Made by a program: the position numbers and the translations under genes. Of a stretch of DNA of 40,254 nucleotides, positions 8,209-14,714 are shown piece after piece (the stretch's first letter is position 1; the number at the start of each line of letters is the position of its first letter). Origin of the DNA: a virus. Lineage: Duplodnaviria; Caudoviricetes. The stretch lies in IMG/VR virus record IMGVR_UViG_3300027819_000027, positions 1 to 40,254 of that record; one strand, written 5' to 3'. Under the pieces are notes generated by a model. It saw only the letters and a program-made list of their open reading frames with translations, was not told the origin of the DNA and did no database searches.

Positions 8209-8286
8209 AAACATTCAGCCGCCCGGCCACTGATTATGCTATTTGCACAGAGCGTGTTCCGGGTCGGCTGGATTAACAGGTTATAT
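8209..8286 (-). repeat. Truncated attC-like site e
   Basis: TCAGCCGCCCGG...CCGGGTCGGCTGGA...GTTATAT stem intact; left core and spacer shortened. Confidence 0.65.
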
Positions 8287-8307
8287 TTAATATTTAAGGA
8301 GTTTACA

Positions 8308-8463
8308 ATGGCTAAAATATTCGACATAGTGATCTGCCCCGTTTGCAAAGGTGAAAAATTAGTTGATAGTGGCCAGGTAATGAAAGATGCAAAAATCTAT
8401 ATTACTAAAAAGCAATGCCCAAAATGCAAGGGGCACGGAAGAGTCGGAGTAGAGCGAATATAA
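8308..8463 (+). CDS. Cassette-borne DnaJ-type zinc-finger peptide
   Basis: CPVCKG and CPKCKGHG; AAGGAG RBS; stop in ATATAAC core. Confidence 0.72.
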   Translation: MAKIFDIVICPVCKGEKLVDSGQVMKDAKIYITKKQCPKCKGHGRVGVERI

Positions 8464-8525
8464 CGTTTGAATTCAGCGGCTACGCGCGTTTCTTGCGCGG
8501 AGTCCGCTGGAATGATGGGTTGGCC
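8458..8525 (-). repeat. attC-like site f
   Basis: ATATAAC...TTCAGCGGCT...AGTCCGCTGGAA...GTTGGCC. Confidence 0.9.
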
Positions 8526-8568
8526 GGCACCGTGCCGCCAGCACCGACTTTTGAGACAGGAGATAGTG

Positions 8569-8772
8569 ATGACGATCAAATTCACCGAAGGCGAGATAAA
8601 GGCGCTCGAAGGCCACCCGGACGCACTGCGCGCACTGGCGGACTGGCACAGCGTGAAGGAAACGGAAGCCGACGCAATAGGCGGGCCGGAGATGGCGGAC
8701 TGCGTAAGCCACCATGCGGCGCGCTACGACGAACTGCGCGCAGAGGCCACCAAGATCGAGGCGGACTACTGA
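8569..8772 (+). CDS. Cassette-borne hypothetical protein (MTIKFTEGEIKALEGH...)
   Basis: AGGAG RBS; visibly GC-rich codon usage; bounded by GTTGGCC/GGCCAAC. Confidence 0.7.
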   Translation: MTIKFTEGEIKALEGHPDALRALADWHSVKETEADAIGGPEMADCVSHHAARYDELRAEATKIEADY

Positions 8773-8784
8773 CATGGTAGTGAC

Positions 8785-8841
8785 GGCCAACGACGAAATC
8801 AGCGGGGAGCGTAGCGAATCCGCTGTATTGATTTGTTATTT
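8785..8841 (-). repeat. attC-like site g (57 bp)
   Basis: GGCCAAC...CAGCGG...CCGCTG...GTTATTT. Confidence 0.88.
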
Positions 8842-8857
8842 TCGCCATGAGGAATAT

Positions 8858-9049
8858 ATGACAAATTACAAAATAACTCAATTAGTTAAAACTGCATACA
8901 AAAACAGATCAGAAATAATTTACGAAATTAGTAATGAGAGATATGCGCGTACTGAGTTTGAAAGATTAAAAAAAGATTTTCCCGCTGAGCACTTTGAATT
9001 GTTTAAAGCTGTGTACGATGAAGAGTGCTTAGACTGGACTGGAAAATAA
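8858..9049 (+). CDS. Cassette-borne hypothetical protein (MTNYKITQLVK...)
   Basis: GAGG RBS; AT-rich; stop in AAATAAC core. Confidence 0.7.
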   Translation: MTNYKITQLVKTAYKNRSEIIYEISNERYARTEFERLKKDFPAEHFELFKAVYDEECLDWTGK

Positions 9050-9132
9050 CGTCTGAATTGAGGCGAGCGGCGCAAAAGACTTGGTGAGGAAAGAAGCGGC
9101 TTTTACGCTTCGCCTCGAATGATTGGTTGGGC
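9044..9132 (-). repeat. attC-like site h
   Basis: AAATAAC...TTGAGGCGAGCG...CGCTTCGCCTCGAA...GTTGGGC. Confidence 0.88.
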
Positions 9133-9153
9133 GTTTGCCCGGAGAGGAACCGA

Positions 9154-9366
9154 ATGACAAAAGAACTACCCCCGCCAGTGACGCGGAAAAGCTCGAAAGA
9201 TGACCTTTGGGAAGAACTGGAGTGCGCCCGAGCCGAAATTGACCAACAGCAGCATGTGCTCAATGACTGGCGTGACCGTGTAGCGAAATCTGAGGCCGAA
9301 GTTGGTGGCCTGCGCTACCAGATCAGCGTGATTCGCGCTGTGCTGGCTGGGGATGTTCCACGGTGA
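9154..9366 (+). CDS. Cassette-borne coiled-coil hypothetical protein (MTKELPPPVTRK...)
   Basis: GAGG RBS; bounded by GTTGGGC/ACCCAAC. Confidence 0.7.
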   Translation: MTKELPPPVTRKSSKDDLWEELECARAEIDQQQHVLNDWRDRVAKSEAEVGGLRYQISVIRAVLAGDVPR

Positions 9367-9367
9367 C

Positions 9368-9407
9368 ACCCAACAGCGCAATAGATGGAATAATTCCACT
9401 TATTGAG
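9368..9407 (-). other. attI-like array-head site, copy 1
   Basis: CTCAATAAGTGGAATTATTCCATCTATTGCGCTG|TTGGGT on the minus strand; similar to 39476-39515 and 39932-39971. Confidence 0.65.
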
Positions 9408-9447
9408 ATAAGGGGGGGGATAAGGCGGAATTGTCAGCCCCCTTATC
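9407..9447. terminator. Inverted repeat between convergent operons, possible terminator
   Basis: GATAAGGGGG...CCCCCTTATC 10-bp stem. Confidence 0.4.
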
Positions 9448-9507
9448 GCTTCATCTGTAACGGATCCTGGCGCACCATTAGTTGTAAGAGAAGCGCGGGG
9501 GCTTAGA

Positions 9508-9729
9508 TTATTTGTTTGCCCGACACTCTTTCAGTGCCTTCAACAGCAGTTCATTATCCTGATAGAGCCGGTCAACCACCTGCTTGCTGATTGTCACCGT
9601 CTCCTGCCCGTCGATCACCACGTAGCGCGGACTGCACCCGGTCATGCTGTTCAGCAATAGCAGCAGCAACGCGGTCAGAATCCCCACCCTCCAGGCCGTT
9701 ACGCATCTCTTGGACATGCCTATCCACAT
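9508..9729 (-). CDS. Outer-membrane lipoprotein spanin (Rz1-like)
   Basis: LLLLLLNSMTG-C lipobox; overlaps the upstream TM gene in another frame; last gene of lysis block. Confidence 0.7.
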   Translation of the reverse strand: MWIGMSKRCVTAWRVGILTALLLLLLNSMTGCSPRYVVIDGQETVTISKQVVDRLYQDNELLLKALKECRANK

Positions 9730-9835
9730 CAGCGTCCTCCCGTCTTGCTCTACCCTCTGCGCTATTGCGGAAGGCCAGGTAGTGGGCTATCAGTGACAGG
9801 ATCGCCACAGATAGCCCGATGATTGCTTCTACCAT
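9572..9835 (-). CDS. Inner-membrane spanin (Rz-like)
   Basis: N-terminal TM plus helical domain, overlapped by lipoprotein gene. Confidence 0.65.
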   Translation of the reverse strand: MVEAIIGLSVAILSLIAHYLAFRNSAEGRARREDADVDRHVQEMRNGLEGGDSDRVAAAIAEQHDRVQSALRGDRRAGDGDNQQAGG

Positions 9836-10008
9836 ACCACAGCGTCCTTAGTGACCAATCGCATAATAACACCAAGCACCTGCGTGATTATGCCTGAGTA
9901 CAACGCCCACTGCGCGTCACCCAGAATACCCGTCCCGATGAGAACCGAGCCAACCAGACCTAAAAACTGAACCCACACACTCTTTGATGCCCAAACTTTC
10001 TTTTCCAT
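9829..10008 (-). CDS. Putative holin, 59 aa, two TM helices
   Basis: MEKKVWASKSVWVQFLGLVGSVLIG...VIMRLVTKDAVVW; AGGAGG RBS; between endolysin and spanins. Confidence 0.75.
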   Translation of the reverse strand: MEKKVWASKSVWVQFLGLVGSVLIGTGILGDAQWALYSGIITQVLGVIMRLVTKDAVVW

Positions 10009-10035
10009 TTTATTCCTCCTTATTCGGTTAGTAGT

Positions 10036-10344
10036 TTAATCACCCTCACCGTAAGAATAGTGATTCCCATCTGCTCTTTTAAAGCGTCCACCCCAGGTGC
10101 ATTTAGGATCAAGACTTTCCCAGTACTCTCCAAGGGGTTTATGTGCCTCGGTTGTTTGAAGCCACACGCCATCTTTAAAGAGATTCAAATCTATGGCCAG
10201 GCGTGAGTAATGAAAACTACCCGCGATATGTCCTGTCTTAGCCCACGCATCGCCGAAGGTTAGTTCATATCCAGATATATACGCGAACTGTATCAGTTTG
10301 CTTATGAGATTAGTGAATACTCTCTGGTCATTCCCTATTGACAT
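10036..10344 (-). CDS. Endolysin, M15-family zinc peptidase
   Basis: SFHYSRLAIDL and WGGRF...DGNH motifs. Confidence 0.9.
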   Translation of the reverse strand: MSIGNDQRVFTNLISKLIQFAYISGYELTFGDAWAKTGHIAGSFHYSRLAIDLNLFKDGVWLQTTEAHKPLGEYWESLDPKCTWGGRFKRADGNHYSYGEGD

Positions 10345-10513
10345 CTTCTACCCCCTTGTCCTTTATTCCTTTGAATCGCTCTATCCATTGGTGCTTACAG
10401 CCTTCTTCGTAGCACTCATAGGCAATGAAGTACATGCCTATGTTGTAGCCTATTTTATCACTCTGGCAGCGGCGACATTTATACTCCATCACTTCACCAT
10501 TTCCATTGACCAA
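10328..10513 (-). CDS. Small zinc-ribbon hypothetical protein
   Basis: CRRC...CYEEGC. Confidence 0.5.
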   Translation of the reverse strand: MVNGNGEVMEYKCRRCQSDKIGYNIGMYFIAYECYEEGCKHQWIERFKGIKDKGVEDVNRE

Positions 10514-10829
10514 GGTTTGTAAATAATATCTTTAATGCTCCCAGCGTTATCACTCCCAAGAGCAGACCGACTACGTACGTCTTTACCGTACCCCAGTTGA
10601 CTCGGCTCTTGAGCGCTTCGGCCTTGCTGTCTTCCTGTATCTTTAAAGCTGCTGCGGTAGCTGAGGCCATCCCCTTTCGGTTGGCTTCATCTATGTGGAT
10701 TTCCTCAAATAATTTTGCACAGGATAGCCGATGATTGTTGAATTCAACGTTAAAGGTATCTATCCTGCTATGTACCCCATGAAAGCCATCGTTCATCGCG
10801 TTTAAAAGTGTTTCGTATTCTGTCGCCAC
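10494..10829 (-). CDS. Hypothetical protein with C-terminal TM (lysis-associated position)
   Basis: GAGGAGG RBS; coiled coil plus TM. Confidence 0.65.
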   Translation of the reverse strand: MATEYETLLNAMNDGFHGVHSRIDTFNVEFNNHRLSCAKLFEEIHIDEANRKGMASATAAALKIQEDSKAEALKSRVNWGTVKTYVVGLLLGVITLGALKILFTNLGQWKW

Positions 10830-10864
10830 ATCGTCCTCCTCAAATCAAGATGTTAAATCAACTT

Positions 10865-11110
10865 TTAATTCCCAAACCTTAATGGTGTTTCTGAAGCCGC
10901 TCTTGCCTCGACTTCGTAGTCAATATTCTTATAACCCTTCGTTGCCCACTGCTCCTTGTGTTTATCCTCGTGCCATTTCCAGCGGTCGCTGACATTGGCG
11001 GCAGGACACGAGTAATATGTTGTCTGGCCTATGGTGACGGCGTAGTCCTTCCCTTTTGGAGCGAAGATGAGCTTGAATAATCTCCCTAGCCAGTGGTTAT
11101 ATTTGTTCAT
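10865..11110 (-). CDS. Small HExxH-motif protein
   Basis: AVTIG...HEDKH...YEVEAR; AAGGAG RBS. Confidence 0.55.
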   Translation of the reverse strand: MNKYNHWLGRLFKLIFAPKGKDYAVTIGQTTYYSCPAANVSDRWKWHEDKHKEQWATKGYKNIDYEVEARAASETPLRFGN

Positions 11111-11201
11111 TGTGGCTCCTTTTAGGTTTGGAACGCTGCCATGTTCTTTGTCATGTTCTCATCATGGATTTTTTGCAGCCATTCTTTCATAAATTCATTC
11201 C

Positions 11202-11774
11202 CTAATTTATGGAAACCGTAAGTGCAACCGTACTGTTATAAAAGTAGAATGAAAAAACCGTGTCTGGATCGGTTGACTGAATTGTGAACGACATAGAACC
11301 GCTACCTTTTGTAACGGATGCCCCTATCACTACGTTCCCGGAATTTGCTCTGGCTGATTCTACAACAGAATAATATGTATTTACGCCAAAATAACCACCG
11401 GCGCTGAACTTCAACACCCCAGTCCCAGTCCCAGCATTTCCATAGAAACCAAACCCTATTTCAAGATATCCGCTTGCATCGGAGGGATCAATGGTAATCG
11501 TCTTTGTTGTGTTTGCCAAGCCAGCTAACGAACCAGCACCTGAGTATCCTGAGTTTATGCTTGTCGCCGTGGCCACTCCAAGGGAAGGTGTTGTAAACAT
11601 TGGACTCGCCTTCGGTGCCTTTGAACTCATCGCCACGGCTTCGTCAAGGGAGGTGTCCTGGGTAACTGTTAGTGTCTTGCCATCAGTCCCGGTTAGTGTT
11701 ATTGATGCAAGATAGGTAAAAACCTTTCCCGCAACACTTTTTAGAGTATCGTAATATCCTATCTGCGCCGCCAC
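11202..11774 (-). CDS. Putative tail fibre / virion protein
   Basis: G/S/T-rich beta protein after tailspike; GTG start with AGGAGG. Confidence 0.6.
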   Translation of the reverse strand: MAAQIGYYDTLKSVAGKVFTYLASITLTGTDGKTLTVTQDTSLDEAVAMSSKAPKASPMFTTPSLGVATATSINSGYSGAGSLAGLANTTKTITIDPSDASGYLEIGFGFYGNAGTGTGVLKFSAGGYFGVNTYYSVVESARANSGNVVIGASVTKGSGSMSFTIQSTDPDTVFSFYFYNSTVALTVSIN

Positions 11775-11787
11775 TTCAATCCTCCTT

Positions 11788-13923
11788 TTATTTAGGTGTA
11801 ACAACCACTGATAAAGTTCCTGAAGCAAGATCAACTGCTCCGCCTGTGTTGTTGCTCAAAGTAGCCGTAACAGTATTCGTAGCCTTAACGGTGGCCGACA
11901 AGGTAAGTCCTGCAAGATCAAGGGAAAATGAACCCTTTACAAAATCTCCAAGGAGCGCACCCGTTACTGTGACATCTGTACTTTCCCTGGCCCCATTTGC
12001 GATGCTCGCCGGGTCCCAGGTAGCATAGGCTGAAATTGATGTCTTAATTATATCGTTAAGATGATTTGACTCTGCTGTTCCAGAGTAGGCGGTTGTTACA
12101 CCTGCGCCCATTATATTGTGGGCTATCGTATTATTTATTACTGCATTTGTAGGCCCCCAAGATATGCCGGTAGTTACGTTTGATATTGTATTGAGTGACA
12201 CATTGCATTTTTCTATTGAATTTGCTGCAGTATATAAATGTATCCCAGTAACGGTGTTGTCTATTTTATTCCCGACAATCACGCAGTTCTTTACAGACGC
12301 AGTCCCTGCAACAACTCTTATCCCTGCAATGGTCGCATCATCAAGCGTATTCCCGATGATAGTAAGCCCTAAAAGGTTGCCCTCTACCCTTATGCTTTCA
12401 TAATAATTCCTGATTGTGTTGCCTGTGATTGTCGTATTATCATTGCCATCAACACCTATTGTTATTCCGTATCTTGCAGATACCGGCGTTGCATGACCGA
12501 AAAGTACATTACCGGATATTGTTACATCAGTTGCTTTCCCTACGCTAATTCCGCCTTCTACACTTTTAAAGGTATTCCCTGTTATAGCAACACTGTTTAT
12601 TGTAGAGCCGCCTGTTGCATTTACAGCTAAATCGCCAGTCGCGTTACCATAGAACTGATTGCCAGATATAACAATATCCCTAATAAGCGCACCCGTCCCT
12701 GGTTCAATATCAATCCCTTGCTGTGGTGATGTCCCTGCCGTGTTTATAAAGCGGCTGTTTGTAATCTTCCACCCGATGCCACCCTGAATAGCCATGCCAT
12801 TACGATAAAAGCTGTCGAAAGTACTGTTATCAATAACACCGTTGGTTACGATTGTGGTGGCACTTGCATTCCCATCGTTAAGAATCCCCTCATACTGCTT
12901 AAACCCCGCATAAAGATATACGTCTCTGAGTGTAAAATTATAACTGTCAAGCCCTGCCACGGTTCTCCCTACTCCGATCATAGGGGCTGCACTTACTGAT
13001 GTAAGTCCGCTACTATCAAGGCGTATGTTATGTATAAACCAGTTGTTCTTATCCTCAAATGCAATAAGATTTGGCCCTACTGCTGCGCCTGCAAGGTAGA
13101 TACCGGATGTGTTGCTACCAGTTCCAACAATACCAATACCCGACTTCCCGGTAAGCTCCGCATTAGTTGCCATTACTCGGGTAATTTTTACAATACTGCC
13201 TACAGGAGTTGCATTTATTGCTGATTGGATAGCAGTTGTCCAGGTCCCTGTTCCGCTGTACCACCATTCCGGGAATACCTCTTTAACTTGACCCGACAAT
13301 GTTACAGCGCCAAGGGTTGAATCAAATATCTGGTATAGGCCATTGTCCAAGTTTGGAATGTTCAAGGTGAAAGCTCCGCTCAACTTTACCCCCGGTACGA
13401 TCTTAAACGTCACATTGGTATAGGATGACCAATCAGCGTTGGAGGAGATTACCCAGGTGCCTGGACGGAGGAGAAGCGTGACTTTATTCGTCGTGCCTAT
13501 TGCGGTAAGGGCGGCTTCGATGGTGGCTTGGGTGAAGGTGTAAGGGCTATATTGCAAAGCATCAATGTCGTCTGAAGGACTAAATTCAAAATATAGATTG
13601 TCCCTGGTATAGATGGTAGTCCCGGCAGCGTTCTTTATCAGCACCTTGTAAAGTCCACTTGCGTATATCTGCGCCGTCCCGTTAGCGTCAAGAGTATATG
13701 GGTTAGCGGCGGGTGTTGCCTGATCTCTGTCCGTCCAGATCGTCTTTAGGGTTGTTGTCCCGGCTGCGTAGAAAGTAACCGTCCCGCTTGCCAGACTTCC
13801 CGTCGAGTTCCGAACCTGTGAAAGTAGAAAGTCTACTTGTTGCGCTTTGGGGGCCGCCCAAGCAGCGGAAGAAACAAACATTAAAAACAATAACGTGAAT
13901 ACAACAATCCTTCTCTTCAACAT
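11788..13923 (-). CDS. Tailspike with right-handed beta-helix (depolymerase-like)
   Basis: N-terminal head-binding-type segment FYAAGTTT...NPYTLDANG; repeated ITGN/ISGN rungs; GIDIEP. Confidence 0.82.
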   Translation of the reverse strand: MLKRRIVVFTLLFLMFVSSAAWAAPKAQQVDFLLSQVRNSTGSLASGTVTFYAAGTTTLKTIWTDRDQATPAANPYTLDANGTAQIYASGLYKVLIKNAAGTTIYTRDNLYFEFSPSDDIDALQYSPYTFTQATIEAALTAIGTTNKVTLLLRPGTWVISSNADWSSYTNVTFKIVPGVKLSGAFTLNIPNLDNGLYQIFDSTLGAVTLSGQVKEVFPEWWYSGTGTWTTAIQSAINATPVGSIVKITRVMATNAELTGKSGIGIVGTGSNTSGIYLAGAAVGPNLIAFEDKNNWFIHNIRLDSSGLTSVSAAPMIGVGRTVAGLDSYNFTLRDVYLYAGFKQYEGILNDGNASATTIVTNGVIDNSTFDSFYRNGMAIQGGIGWKITNSRFINTAGTSPQQGIDIEPGTGALIRDIVISGNQFYGNATGDLAVNATGGSTINSVAITGNTFKSVEGGISVGKATDVTISGNVLFGHATPVSARYGITIGVDGNDNTTITGNTIRNYYESIRVEGNLLGLTIIGNTLDDATIAGIRVVAGTASVKNCVIVGNKIDNTVTGIHLYTAANSIEKCNVSLNTISNVTTGISWGPTNAVINNTIAHNIMGAGVTTAYSGTAESNHLNDIIKTSISAYATWDPASIANGARESTDVTVTGALLGDFVKGSFSLDLAGLTLSATVKATNTVTATLSNNTGGAVDLASGTLSVVVTPK

Positions 13924-13946
13924 CCCATCCTCCTTTTGTTTATTCC

Positions 13947-14294
13947 TTACCCATAAACCAATTCCAAAACTACATTCTTTGCCGACCCCAGTCGGTTTTT
14001 AATCACGCAGGGGCTGGCAACCGAAGTACCGAGGCAAAACTTTGTGTCCGTGTCCGCGTTGACAACAACGGAGGCTGTCGCGTTTATAAGCGAAACTGTA
14101 CCGTCGGAGGCGATAGTGAAGTCTGCTTCTTCTTCGTTTGCTCCAATAACAACCGACCCTCTGCCCCCGTTGGCTATGACGGGAAGGCTGAAGGTTGCAT
14201 CATCTGCGAGACTGGCGGAGTAAAAATAGACCGTTGCCCCATTTACGGATTGCACTGCGTAGGGATTGTTGGCATCATCATAAATATCACCCAT
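13947..14294 (-). CDS. Small virion-type beta protein, paralogous to the C-terminus of 20660-21382
   Basis: Shared LAD.AT..LP...E.A.F...S.G.V...VIKN.LG pattern. Confidence 0.65.
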   Translation of the reverse strand: MGDIYDDANNPYAVQSVNGATVYFYSASLADDATFSLPVIANGGRGSVVIGANEEEADFTIASDGTVSLINATASVVVNADTDTKFCLGTSVASPCVIKNRLGSAKNVVLELVYG

Positions 14295-14320
14295 TGCTTT
14301 GTCCTCCTGTTATTGCAGCT

Positions 14321-14599
14321 TTAGGACAGCCGTACCGCTGCCGTAAACAGTGCATTTCCGCGGTACCAACATCCTTCGCCGACATCTATTTTTTGCTCAA
14401 CACCCGCAGTATAGGAAATCACTGTATTCCATCCCGCGTCTGCTGATTCGGGATAGGCAGCGGGATTATCTTGAAGGATTCGTTGAATGGCGATAGTCGC
14501 GCTAAAGGTGCCCGAAAGTGAAAATGCCAATGATCTACCCCAGGGGAGGAATACTGGATCGCTTGTCTGATTTGCTCCTGTGAATGATTTAGATACCAT
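14321..14599 (-). CDS. Small virion protein, possible frameshift near the 3' end
   Basis: SLSGTFSATIAIQR motif; alternative frame ends at 14310. Confidence 0.65.
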   Translation of the reverse strand: MVSKSFTGANQTSDPVFLPWGRSLAFSLSGTFSATIAIQRILQDNPAAYPESADAGWNTVISYTAGVEQKIDVGEGCWYRGNALFTAAVRLS

Positions 14600-14600
14600 T

Positions 14601-14690
14601 TTAGCACCCCTTCTTCTTCATATTTTTGGGCATGCCCTTTTTCGGCATGTCTTTCTTGGATACTTTCTTGGTGGTTTTGGTCTTTTTCAT
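14601..14690 (-). CDS. Lys-rich 29-aa peptide
   Basis: AAGGAGG RBS; MKKTKTTKKVSKKDMPKKGMPKNMKKKGC; stop abuts next start. Confidence 0.55.
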   Translation of the reverse strand: MKKTKTTKKVSKKDMPKKGMPKNMKKKGC

Positions 14691-14714
14691 TGTGGGCCTC
14701 CTTTATTCTTCGTT

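Larger units (their letters stand above)
6988..9407 (-). mobile_element. Integron-type gene cassette array lacking an integrase (CALIN-like) with an attI-like head site
   Basis: Nine attC-like hairpins alternating with small ORFs; cassette-flanking core heptamers are complementary. Confidence 0.88.

Noticed and set aside
7361-8348. Minus-strand ORFs in the array (7361-8089, 7863-8093, 8109-8348) as the real cassette genes
   Set aside because: They run across attC sites and lack RBS or motifs; the plus-strand ORFs have RBS, motifs and fit the cassette boundaries
6988-9132. CRISPR array or REP-like repeats
   Set aside because: Repeats differ in sequence and length, spacers are whole genes, and there are no cas genes; the AAC...GTT architecture fits attC
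11202-13923. Diversity-generating retroelement or invertible tail-fibre system
   Set aside because: No reverse transcriptase or invertase, and I found no template/variable repeat pair
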